Assembly: GCF_009914755.1 (NCBI RefSeq)
Contig: NC_060944.1
Reading direction: 5' to 3' (one strand)
Length of the DNA: 64,000 nt
Source of the DNA: the human T2T-CHM13v2.0 reference genome, Homo sapiens
Both the position numbers and the translations under genes were made by a program. The notes beneath the pieces are model-generated. The model worked only from the letters and a program-made list of their open reading frames with translations, searched no databases and was not told the origin of the DNA. This document shows positions 1 through 13,918 of the stretch, piece after piece; positions within the stretch are counted from its first letter, which is position 1, and the number at the start of each line of letters is the position of its first letter.

Positions 1-372
1 CTCTGTGACCCACTGAACCGGAGTTTAGTTATATTCCAAAAGCGATCCTCCACCAGCTTCAGCCTCAGCTGGGTGCTTGATAGGAATGCGGAATCTCAGG
101 CCACACCCCAGACCTGCTGAATTGCAATCTGCGGGGAACTGTGTACACACAGGAGCAAGAGATACTCCGCTCTACAACCTCAGGGCAAATGCCTCAGGGC
201 ACCATTTGACCCTTTAAAATTCCAGGGTTCCAAAGTTCAACATGGGAATGTTAACAATCTAGAATGTAGATTTTTGAGGTCCTAGAATTCTAGTGTTCTA
301 AGGTGTTAGGATTCTAACACCCTAGGGTTTCCAGATTTAAGACTGCTGGGATCCCATTGTTCTAAAATCCTA

Positions 373-765
<393 letters not shown>

Positions 766-835
766 TCAGCTGAGAAGAATGATCTGTTCTTCCTCCTACT
801 CCTGACCCTCCTCTTCCTCCTTTCTCCGCTGTCAG

Positions 836-1792
<957 letters not shown>

Positions 1793-1939
1793 AGAGGACG
1801 AATGAGGAGGACCACTGTGGTGCATGCTGGTGAGGAGCCAGTCTCTGTGCCCCAATGCACAGGGGCCTATGGTGAAGTAAAAGTCAAGCGTGGCTTCCCT
1901 TATTTTTGTGTTAGAAGACTGTGCCTTCATCTCAGTCAT

Positions 1940-2180
1940 AGATTGAGCCCTGGCCCCCATCCCAGGCTAGGCCCTGATTCTGGTCACACTCTGAACACTG
2001 AGCCTTAATCACTGAACTCTGATTCTGGCCCCAGACTGAGCCTGGATCCTAGTCACAGACTGAGCTTTGATGCCAGTTATTGACTGAGCCTTAGTCTTGG
2101 TCACAGAATGAGCCCCAACCTTGGTCTCAAATGGATATCCATGATTCTGATCACATATTGGGCCCTGAACCTGGCTCCAG
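1940..2180. repeat. Degenerate 24-bp tandem array
   Basis: The core (a/t)gactgagc recurs at 2033, 2057 and 2081, with variants at 2009 and 2105, at exact 24-nt spacing. Confidence 0.6.
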
Positions 2181-2455
2181 TAGTGGCCTCAATCAATCTT
2201 TTCACATCTACCATTGTTCTGAAGGAGGGTGAGGGGAATGAAGATGAGTCAGTGCCAGGTGCTAATGAAAGACCCCAAACCACAGGTGCCAGTTTCTTCT
2301 TCCCAGGACTTAAACCGCATGGGGTATTGTGGGAAAGAGCTGGGACACTGGAGCCAGGTCAACTTGGGTCCCATCAAGTGCCCAGTGGATGACTGACAGC
2401 TGGGTGTAAGGGCAGCCTAGCAGCAAATGTCCTAACCCCCTTGGTCTCATTCCAG

Positions 2456-2648
2456 ATTGGTTCCCAGTGGCTTGCCCCACCCCCTTATAGCATCTCCCTC
2501 CAGGAAGCTGCTGCCACCACCTAACCAGCGTGAAAGCCTGAGTCCCACCAGAAGGACCTTCCCAGATACCCCTTCTCCTCACAGTCAGAACAGCAGCCTC
2601 TACACATGTTGTCCTGCCCCTGGCAATAAAGGCCCATTTCTGCACCCT
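2456..2648 (+). other. BPIFA2: BPIFA2 terminal non-coding exon with poly(A) signal
   Basis: Acceptor ttccag| at 2455 and AATAAA at 2625-2630. The 3' end is approximate. Confidence 0.8.
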
Positions 2649-4599
2649 TCTGTGTGGCTTGTTGCATTCCCTCCATTTGGGATTTGTTGGTGGGAACTGG
2701 GGAGGGAGGTTGGGGGCTGCAACTAGGGTGGGAGAGACCTGGATCCAGAGCTAGAAGGCTCAGTGGGAATATCCAGCCACATCTCCTGGTTCTATAAAGG
2801 GGGCCACTGAGACAGAGAGGGCAACAAACTAGCCCAAGTCACACAGCCAATCTGTGGCAATAGCAGACCCCTGATCTATCCATTCATGCATTCAACAGGT
2901 ATGTAGTGAACACCTACTCTGTGCCAGACAGGCAATGGGAACTGGAAAGTCACATTCTGGGGACAGCCCCACCCAGCACTTTCCTCCATTCCTCTCCAGG
3001 GGCCCTGAGGATTCTTGGAGAATCAGGGGACACCTAGCCTGACTGGAGTCAGGAGTATGAGACAGAGTGATGCAGGGTCAGAGGCCTGTGGCCCCATCTC
3101 CACCTGCCCTGTTAGCCCTGCTGCCCTCTAGGGGTCCCACTGGAGCAGAGATGTCTTTTCCAGGTGGTGCTGAGAGTTCTCAGTCTGTAGCACCCTCACC
3201 CACCCCTCCCATCACCTGAGAGCCTGTGCACCCACTTGCCAGGCTGCCTGGAGGCCCAGCCTCCCTAGTGAGGTCGAGAACCCTGGGATGCTCACCTATC
3301 CTATGGAGACCAGCTTCTCCCTCCACCCAAGGCCCCTCCATCCACACCCCAGAATGCAGCTCGGCCCATGCTGCACCAGGCTGTGGCAGAGACAGCATCA
3401 CGCTGCTCACGGCAACACGTCATGGGGGACTGCCTTTGTGCGGCCCACGGGCTCCATTGATTCCTTACCACACCCATGCACCAGGAGAGCCATTATCACA
3501 CCCATTTGACAGAGGAGGACTCTGAGGCTGATGGAGGCAAAGTGACTCCTCCGGGTCACACAGTGAGCAAGAGGCAGAGCCAGGCTTTGAATCCACAGCT
3601 GTAGGACCCCTGAATTTACTACAAATGAAGACATTGAGGCACAAAGAGGGCCCAGGCTCAGAGAGGTGACATCCTGGCTTCCAGGCACTTTGGCCGCTAC
3701 TCTTGCCAGCCTCCAGCAGGCTCCACTTCCCTGGCCCAAGACAGATGAGGTACTCTGGGTGCTGTTCTTCTCCCCCAAGTGTAGACCCTCGGCTCTTCCT
3801 TTGCTCTAGAAGGGGCAGGACACTGTCCGCTCCCAACAATCGCGTTGGCCTCAGCAGAGATGCAACACGGGCCACACACCAATGCACACCATCGCCTCAG
3901 GATCCCAGCAGCCTCTCCTTTCCAATAGGGAACCCAGCCCCAGGAACCTTTGCCGATTTTGCCAAGCAGCCATCTCATTACTCTGCACAACTCTAGGAGG
4001 CAGGAATGTCTCTTGTCCCCACGAGAAACTCAAACTCAGAGAAGCCAAGGCCACACTGAAGCCTGCACCCAGCTGCTAATTCACTCGAGGGCCTCCTCTC
4101 TGATGAAGGCAGCCTCACTGAGTCAGGTGACCTACAGGGTCCTTTGATTCCTTGAAGTTGCCTAGAGAGCCTTGGACCAGCAAGCTGAATCCTCTCCTGA
4201 GCCCCTCTGCTGAAGACCTCAGCTCTGGTTATGACTGTGAGTTGCCTGACACAGGGTAAAACTGAGGACTTAGGCAGATCTGAGCTCGAGTCAGTCCCTG
4301 CCACTTTCTAGCAGTGTGATCTTGGGCAAGTTACTTAACCTCAGTTTTCTTACCTGTCAAATGGAATTAATAGTAAAATCTCCCTCACTGGGCTTGTGAG
4401 GATTAAATGAAGAGTCAGTGAGTGGAAAGTGTTTAACCAGGGCCTCACATCAAGTAAGCACAGCAGGATAAATGTTGGCCTCTACACACTGAAACTGCTG
4501 TTATGACTGCCATACTCAGGTTTGTTGATTGACTGATAAAAACACTAATATGGTAGAAGAATCGTGGCCCAAGGAGATCTTGAGCTTCTACCTTGTCTC

Positions 4600-5035
4600 T
4601 CTGAGGGAGGACTGCTAACTAACTCCCACTGTGCATTCTTCTCTCCCCAAGTTTTGGCTAGACACACGGACCCCAGCCAGAGACCACATCTCCCAGCCTC
4701 CCTTGCAGCTAACTGTGGCCATGTGACTAAGGTCTGGCCAATGGCAAATAAGCAGAACTAATTATGCAAATTCCACTTTGGGCTTTAAAAGGAAGGGGAT
4801 TCCCTCAACTTCCTCCTGGCATTCTCCCTCCTCTGCAGTTAGAAATGGGAGCAACTAGAGCAACTGCCCTGGACCCAGAGGTGGAAGCTCTGTGTTGAGT
4901 ACAGTACAGCTACTCCAGCAGCCCCAGACCACTCAGCCCTGGGCTCCTAAGGGAGAAAGGAATGAACTTGCTTATTTAAACCATTATGTTGGGGTCTTTT
5001 TGCTAAGTCTGCTTTGTCTACATTGTACCTAACTC
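4600..5035. mobile_element. Old MaLR LTR (MLT1-type) fragment
   Basis: The motif ctcccagcctcccttgcagcta...ggccatgtgactaag...tggccaatgg is typical of MLT1. Boundaries are approximate. Confidence 0.55.
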
Positions 5036-5266
5036 ATTCTGCCAATCACATGCTGTGTGACCATTAGGCAGCCGACTTCCTCTCTCAGACCCCTGTTTCC
5101 ATATCCCTGAAGGTTCTTCCTACTCTGACAGGACAGAAATTAATGTTTCTTCCATAACCGAAGAGGGAAGGAAAGAATAGACATTTATTAAGTTTCTACT
5201 ACATGCCAGACACTGTATTAGACTGATGATGACTTTGCCTTCCAGGGAACGTTTGGTAATGTCTGG

Positions 5267-7535
5267 TATGAACCCTGAAAATTTGAGACAGGTCTCAGTT
5301 AATTTAGAAAGTTTATTTTACCAATGTTGAGGATGTGTGCCCATGACAGTCTCAGGAAGTCCTGACGACACGTGCTGAAGGTGATGGGGGCACAGCTTGG
5401 TTTTACGCATTTTAGGGATATATGAGACATCAATCGATATATGTAAAAAGTACATTGGTTCTGTCCAGAAAACCGGGGACAACTCAAAGCAAGGAAGGGG
5501 CCTCCAGGTCACAGGTAGGTGAGACAAATGGTTCCATTCTTTCGAGTTTCTGAAAACCCTTTCCAAAGGAGGCAATCACAATATGCATCTATTTCAGTGA
5601 GCAGAGGGATGACTTTGAATAGAATGGGAGGCAGGTTTGCCCTGTGCAGTTTCCAGCTAGAATTTTCCTTTTAGCTTAGTGATTTGGGGGCCCAAGATAT
5701 TTTCCTTTATTTATTTATTTATTTATTTATTTATTTTTTTATTTTTTATTTTTTTATTTTTTTTATTGATCATTCTTGGGTGTTTCTCGCAGAGGGGGAT
5801 TTGGCAGGGTCATAGGACAATAATGGAGGGAAGGTCAGCAGATAAACAAGTGAACAAAGGTCTCTGGTTTTCCTAGGCAGAGGACCCTGCAGCCTTCCGC
5901 AGTGTTTGTGTCCCTGGGTACTTGAGATTAGGGAGTGGTGATGACTCTTAACGAGCATGCTGCCTTCAAACATCTGTTTAACAAAGCACATCTTGCACCG
6001 CCCTTAATCCATTTAACCCTGAGTGGACACAGCACATGTTTCAGAGAGCACAGGGTTGGGGTAAGGTCCTAGAACAACAGGATCCCAAGGCAGAAGAATT
6101 TTTCTTAGTACAGAACAAAATGAAAAGTCTCCCATGTCTACTTCTTTCTACACAGACACAGCAACCATCCGATTTCTCAATCTTTTCCCCACCTTTCACC
6201 CTTTTCTATTCCACAAAACCGCCATTGTCATCATGGCCCCTTCTCAATGAGCTGTTGGGTTCACCTCCCAGACGGGGTGGTGGCCGGGCAGAGGGGCTCC
6301 TCACTTCCCAGTAGGGGCGGCCGGGCAGAGGCACCCCTCACCTCCCAGACGGGGTGGCTGGCCGGGCAGGGGGCTGACCCCCCCCACCTCCCTCCCGGAC
6401 GGGGCGGCTGGCTGGGCTGGGGGCTGACCCCCCCACCTCCCTCCCGGACGGGGCGGCTGGCGGGGCGGGAGACTGACCCGCCCACCTCCCTCCCTGTCGG
6501 GGCGGCTGGCTGACCCCCCCACCTCCCTCCCGGACAGGGCAGCTGGCCTGGCGGGGGGCTGACCCCCCACCTCCCTCCCGGACGGGGCGGCTGGCCGGGA
6601 GGGGGGCTAACCCCCACCTCCCTCCCGGACGGGGTGGCTGCCGGGCGGAGACGCTCCTCACTTCCCAGACAGGGTGGCTGCCAGGCGGAGGGTCTCCTCA
6701 CTTCTCAGATGGGGCGGCCGGGCAGAGACGCTCCTCACCTCCCAGACGGGGTCGCGGCCGGGCAGAGGTGCTCCTCACATCCCAGCCGGGGCGGCGGGGC
6801 AGAGGCGCTCCCCACATCTCAGACGATGGGCGGCCGGGCAGAGACGCTCCTCACTTCCTAGATGGGATGGCGGCCGGGAAGAGGCGCTCCTCACTTCCCA
6901 GATGGGATGGCGGCGGGGCAGAGATGCTCCTCACTTTCCAGACTGGGCAGCCAGGCAGAGGGGCTCCTCACATCCCAGACGATGGGTGGCCAGGCAGAGA
7001 CGCTCCTCACTTCCCAGACGCGGTGGCGGCTGGGCAGAGGCTGCAATCTCGGCACTCTGGGGGGCCAAGGCAGGCGGCTGGGAGGTGGAGGTTGTAGCGA
7101 GCCGAGATCACGCCACTGCACTCCAGCCTGGGCACCATTGAGCACTGAGTGAACGAGAGTCCGTCTGCAATCCCGGCACCTCGGGAGGCCGAGGCTGGCG
7201 GATCACTCGCGGTTAGGAGCTGGAGACCAGCCCGGCCAACACAGCGAAACCCCGTCTCCACCAAAAAAATACGAAAACCAGTCAGGCGTGGCGGCGCGTG
7301 CCTGCGATTGCAGGCACTCTGCAGGCTGAGGCAGGAGAATCAGGCAGGGAGGTTGCAGTGAGCCGAGATGGCAGCAGCACAGTCCAGCTTCGGCTGGGCA
7401 TCAGAGGGAGACCGTGGAAAGAGAGGGAGAGGGAGACCGTGGGGAGAGGGAGAGGGGGAGGGGGAGGGGGAGGGGAAGATTTTTCTCTTCATTTTCTGCC
7501 CATCCGAAAGCTTTCATCGATATTTTCCTTTCACA
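5267..7535 (-). mobile_element. MER4A-type ERV1 solo LTR, interrupted near one end by the SVA
   Basis: Body 5267-5708 plus terminal CACA at 7532-7535. 4-bp TSD CTGG at 5263-5266 and 7536-7539. The reverse complement matches my recollection of the MER4A LTR. Confidence 0.8.
5709..7518 (-). mobile_element. Full-length SVA retrotransposon
   Basis: Poly(T)/TTTA tail to about 5767, SINE-R about 5768-6270, GC-rich VNTR about 6270-7040, Alu-like domain about 7040-7410, (CCCTCT)/(CCCCT) hexamer about 7420-7476. 13-bp TSD GATATTTTCCTTT at 5696-5708 and 7519-7531. Subfamily not resolved. Confidence 0.97.
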
Positions 7536-7697
7536 CTGGCAATATTTTTGGTTGTCACAAATGGATGAGGTGTGTGCTACTCCAGGAGAGCACATGAGTA
7601 GAGGCCAGGGGTGGTGCTACCCATTCCATAATACACAGAACAGCCCCTCACAACAGAAGCATCTAACCTAAAATGTCACTAGTGTTAAGAAACCCTA

Positions 7698-7997
7698 GGC
7701 CGGGCACGGTGGCTCACGCCTGTAATCCCAGCACTTTGGGAGGTCAAGGCAGGTGGATCACGAGGTCAGGAGATCGAGACCATCCTGGCTAACGTGGTGA
7801 AACCCCGTATCTACTAAAAATACAAAAAAAAATTAGCCGGGCATAGTGGCGGGCCCCTGTAGTCCCAGCTACTCGGGAGGCTGAGGCAAGAGAATGGCAT
7901 GAACCCGGGAGGCAGAGCTTGCAGAGCGGAGATCACGCCACTGCACTCCAGCCTGGGTGACAGAGTGAGACTCCATCTCAAAAAAAAAAAAAAAAAA
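7698..7997 (+). mobile_element. Alu (AluY-like)
   Basis: gagatcgagaccatcctggctaac and gaatggcatgaacccgggaggcagagcttgc diagnostics, followed by poly(A). Confidence 0.93.
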
Positions 7998-9071
7998 TGA
8001 CAGGACCCACTCACCCCACCCACCCCTCTAAGCCACCAGGGAAGGCAAAACTAGGTCATGAAAAGTGCTGAAAGAGGCAAGGTTTTAGACTTAGTTAGCT
8101 TCACTTCCAGGAATCTGTCCAAAAAACTTAAGTACAGATACATTTAAGCACAAAGACATAGGGGTATTCATGATGGGAATTTAAAAAACAAAAAACCTGA
8201 AACAAAAAGCAAATAATTAAACCCAAGTACAAGATTAGCAATGCTGACAACATTTGTAATGGTGAGAGAGTGAGACTCTGTCTTAAAAAAAAGAAAAAAG
8301 AAACCCTGTAGTAGGCAACTGGTATTGACTGAGGACAGTGAGGGCCAGGACCCCGGGGCGCAGCCTCAGGATTCCCCACGCTTGCAGCTGGGGAGCCTGG
8401 GGTAGGCAATTTGTGGGTGACCATGTCTGCGAAGGACTTTGCCATCTGTGTTTTCGGACCTGGGGAGAAAGAACCCCATCCCCTACCCCTCCTCCACCAT
8501 TTTAGATACCCCAGATGGACTCATTTTGGGGTTCCCACTGACATCCAGGAAGGACACAAACCCTTCTCTGACCCCAGCCAGCTCTAGTGGCCACCTCTCT
8601 TTGCCACGGTGACCCTGCTCCCATGACCCTGCGGTGTCTGGAGCCCTCCAGGAATGGCAGGGAAGGGACGCGGAGCCAGCAGGGAGACCACAGGGTCACT
8701 GAGGAGCTGTGCCTGAAGACGGTGCGTGTCTGGCAAGGCCCTGCAGGAGCTCCCACAGGATGGTACGGGGGAAATATGTCCACAGAGCCAAAGAGAAATT
8801 AAAAGAGGCACCAGGAGGAAATTCCTTGATTAGAGATAGCTCCCATTCAGACGACCTACTAACAATATCTGTTAAAACATCAGCTGGACCAACTAATCTT
8901 CCAATCAAATACCAAGATGGTAAATTCAGATTGCACTCTGTCCTATGTGGCAAGTATGGTTTCATCTGATTGACTGCTATGTTCAGATGTGTAAGGATGA
9001 GCAGACGGGTGGGAAGGCCCCAGAACAGCACTGCTCACCTTTACTGACCAAATCACTCTACCCATCAGCAC

Positions 9072-9413
9072 TGATGAAACAGGAAAATAGAGTCTGGAGA
9101 CAGGGAACATAAGGCCAATTCACACTTCAGCTATGACAGGAAATGTCCTCTCCATAGGGCCTACACTGAGTAAATGACTTTGTAACTTTACTTCATCCTG
9201 TTCATTTACACAGGGCGTACCCCAAGTACAGGGTATTTAAACTCACAAAAACTCTGTAACAGGGCCTTTGAGCCCGTGTTCGGCCCTGCTCCCACACTGT
9301 GGAGTGCACTTCCTTTTCAATAAATCTCTTCATTCCTTTCTTGCTTTGTTTGTGCGTTTTGTCCAATTCTTTGTTCAAGACACCAAGAACCTGGACACTG
9401 TCCACCGGAAACA
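9072..9413 (+). mobile_element. ERV1 solo LTR (MER61-like) inside the SOCS2 pseudogene
   Basis: TG...CA termini and an AATAAA near 9319. It ends caagaacctggacac..tccaccgg.aaca and splits the SOCS2 sequence tcagcac|catctc. Family name is from memory. Confidence 0.75.
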
Positions 9414-9529
9414 CCATCTCTATAGCAGCTCTGTGAACCCACTGCTAACAGACAGTGATATCTGGGAACGGCCTTTACCAACAAGACTAAAAGTTAATTG
9501 GAAGAATATCAGTTCCAGGTATAAGTGGG

Positions 9530-9850
<321 letters not shown>

Positions 9851-10422
9851 GTGTTTCTCTTTTCCTAAACATGCCTCACATAGCGTATCTCCAAATGCAG
9901 CTATGTAAAAGGGAACCAAAACTTGAGTGACTGCTCTGAATAGCTATGCGGAATTCTTTGTAAGAACTGCTAAAGTCAGTCTGATTTAAATGCGCGAAGA
10001 GGCAGCTAGGTATTTAAAGTTCCCCCAGATATTTTCACCTAAGTGATACCTCCCTTCCTAAGGCTGACCAAGGCCAGTTGATCCTTTTAAATTAAAAATA
10101 AAATGTCCCATGCAAAGGCTGGAGGAGTGTTTTATCAGAATGCCTTGCCTTTCTGAGGTTCCTTTCTATTAGGTCGAAGGTCTATGCTCCAGGAGGAGAG
10201 AAAGACCTCCTCATAGGAATGCTAAAGGGATGGCAGGAACTGAGCTGATCCCAGGCTTCACTGCAATTTTGTATGCCTGTTCGTCAGTCTCTTTTAGGGC
10301 ATTCTATATTTTGCATTCTGATGTACCTAGGAGTTAAACAGTTGTTAAACAGATCGTGCTTGTGAGTATTTCTCTCTCATTTTCTACAATTAACCAAATA
10401 AACAACAAAAAAAAGCCCATGA

Positions 10423-10737
<315 letters not shown>

Positions 10738-10892
10738 TGTATTTGTCTTTTTACTACATGGATGAACTCTGTCATATGAATAAGTACTGTACTAATCCAT
10801 TTTAAGGGAGGCTTATTTCAGAAATATTTCAAACTGGTGCAAATGGAAAAGGCTTTTTTTCTTTTAAAGCTAAAGACAAGAATGTCATGCTA

Positions 10893-11320
<428 letters not shown>

Positions 11321-13507
11321 AGAAATCTCCAAGATGTCCTTGAATTGTCTAACCATGGACATTGTCAGTTCTCCCTTCTATCATGTAGAATACTTAGACT
11401 TAATATTCTTCCAGATACAGGGGGATACTTGCTTGTTTTTCAAAGTGTTTATTTACTGCTGCTACTATTTGATTACAATGTGTTAAATTTTAAAACCTGT
11501 GGGAGTGGCGAGGTGGGGAAGAAATCCTGTAGTGGACCTCATACACATTTATCTCATTGAATTCGGATTTTTTCTGAGTGATCCAGTGAATGAGTCTTTG
11601 GATAGGGGTGGCAACTCACGGTCAGAGTGGTGAAGTGACTTGTCTGAGGCCACATGGCTGGTCAGAGGCAAAATTGCATTTAATCCGAAGTTCATCTCCT
11701 CCATAGCTTTCCCCCCGCTAGCCAAAGATGAAGGATGTGAATTTTCCTTGCTGATTATAATTTGTGGCAATCCCACCTCCCACAGAAAATACACAAGGAG
11801 GTGCTCGAAATTTGGGGCTTCTTTTGGGCAGTAACTAACTCGGGTCGGTGCCAAGCCTTAGTCCATGCTGTACCAACCACCTAGGACACCTTTTCTTCTC
11901 CCTTATCTGCTGGTTAAATCCTCCTCAACCTTCCAGACTCACTGCTCAGGAGTCACCGCCCAGCTAAGTGGGGACTGCTCCTTAATGTTTCCAAAAATGA
12001 GACACTGTATTTCTCGACTGGCAGGTCTAACCAAGCTACCTTGTCACCAGCGTCCAGTGCAGAGAGAACACTCAAAAATCATCAGCTTTCAATAGCGTGG
12101 CTTCCACTTTTCTCATTCACCCCTCCGCCCATCTGCCCCAGGGCAGGTGCTTCAGTCTTCAACAGCTCTAGTGCCTAGCAAAGGTGCAAGCAAATAACCC
12201 ATGATGAATGAATGACTGGATGAGTGAATAAATGAATGAACCTCTTCTTGACTGTACATGGACACCATCTCTGGGGCAGCTGAATGGGTGAGTAAGCAGG
12301 AAAATTCTAGCAAACCAGGATTAGGGGGTATAGGAGACCTGCATTATTTTCTGTTAACCAGAGACAGATAATGGAGGACAAAATTGATGGACTATGAACC
12401 AAATGCATGGCTCCTAGGTACATGACTCCAGGCTGTGGAGGGGGTAGGGCCAAGATCACCAGGACCCACTGAAGACTGATGTGGCCAATGTGGGGTTGGG
12501 GGGGGGGTTCCCCTCTGTGAGCCTCCCTGGGACCAGCTCTGACTTCTTTTTCACCAAGCCCAGAATGTAAAAGTGGGGATGTGGTGAGGGCTTCCTGGAG
12601 GTGGTGATGTCCCATGAAGGAGGCTTTGGGTAAGAGGAGGATGCTTTGGGAGGGAGAGGGACACCTACCATAAGGGGATATGTGGGAAGAATGAAGGCAA
12701 AACCTAAGTGGACATGAGGTTATCCAGAGAGTAAAGCACTCAACTCTAGTACAGGCTCTTTTGAAGCCTTTATTCAGTTAAATCAATGCTGTCCATTAAT
12801 ATGGATCTTTCCAATGTTTGCCTGATTTACACAGGATAACATTTCAGGATCCAAATTGTTAACTCTATGCCTTGGAACATTTTGTGACCCCAGGAACACA
12901 TCACGAAATATTTACCAAACTGGATCTTTCTGTTTACATTACAATGATAGCGTGTACATATTTCACTACATCTTTGCCAGCAGATGGAAACCTTTATTGT
13001 AAATATTTGCTCTGTGAATGGGAATAGAATAAATTTCATAACACTGGAAAAGCCAAAGTTCTCAAATTAGGGGAGTTAATTGTTACACCAACTCGACAGA
13101 CTGCTTTCTGAGCATTTTTAAAAATGGAAAAATAGCTGTAGTTTCCAGCTGGGTGGGAATACAGATCTAAGATTTTGCTTAGCTGGAATCACAATGATGC
13201 AAAAAAGTGGAACTGAGAAAAAACTGAAAAGGGATGCCAAAATTTGACAGAAGTTTATTTGTTAGACATGACTCTTATTTCTGTGTTAGTGCATGCAAGA
13301 AAAAAAAATGCATTTTCAAAAAAAAAATAGGAAGATTGTTGAGTATCTAGCTGAGCCAAGCCTGTGCTGAGCAATTCAGAGGTGACCTAAGCAGTGCCTC
13401 TCCAACCTCAGCATGCAAGGAATATGTTCCTGCTACACCTGCTGCAGGGGCTGGAGGAACTGAGAGGGGAAAAGGGCTAGACTTGTTCTCACCATCAAGA
13501 AAGTACA

Positions 13508-13918
13508 GCCTGTTCCTGCTGCAATAACAAAATATCTTAGACTGAGTAATTTATAAATAATAGAAATTTACGTCTCACACTTCTGGAGGCTGGAAGTCCA
13601 AGATCAAAGTGCCAGCAGACTTGGTGTCTGGTAAAGGCTTTCTCTCTGCTTCCAAGATGACACCTTCTCACTGCAATCACAAGAGAGAAAGGATGGAAGG
13701 GCAAACAGGGACAACTGCTGTGTCCTCATATGGCAGAAGAGAAGTGGAAGGGCCAGGCAGCTATCTGAGGCCATCTTTATAAGGACACTGTCCTATTCAT
13801 GAGTACAGAACTCTTATGACTTAATTGGGCCCAACAGGCCCCACCTCTTAATACCACTACTTTGGGGTTTAAGTTCCAACATATGAATTTTGGAGGGACA
13901 CATGCATTCAAACCATGC
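13508..13918 (-). mobile_element. MaLR LTR (MLT1A-like)
   Basis: ctgc.ataacaaaata.cttagactg.gtaatttataa...tctggaggctggaagtccaagatcaa...attcaaacca is the typical antisense MLT1 pattern. Confidence 0.75.

Larger units (their letters stand above)
5228..7696 (+). mobile_element. MER20 hAT DNA transposon, split into 5228-5266 and 7536-7696
   Basis: tttgcc..ccaggg.ac.tttgg.aatgtctgg continues after the insertions as atttttggttgtcacaa...gtagaggccaggg...aaaatgtca.tagtg...agaaaccct, matching the MER20 consensus as I recall it. Confidence 0.8.

Noticed and set aside
2009-2130. Repeat-spacer pattern superficially like a CRISPR array
   Set aside because: The context is eukaryotic, the cores are short and degenerate, the spacers are related to each other, and there are no cas genes.
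2108-2392. 94-aa ORF with a hydrophobic, signal-like N-terminus
   Set aside because: It lies in the last BPIFA2 intron, starts within the 24-bp array, and has no recognisable homology or promoter.
2793-2798. TATAAA downstream of BPIFA2
   Set aside because: The following sequence looks MIR/L2-derived and shows no family-type exon 1.
6247-7361. Many overlapping Gly/Pro/Arg-rich ORFs
   Set aside because: These are translations of the SVA VNTR and Alu-like domain.
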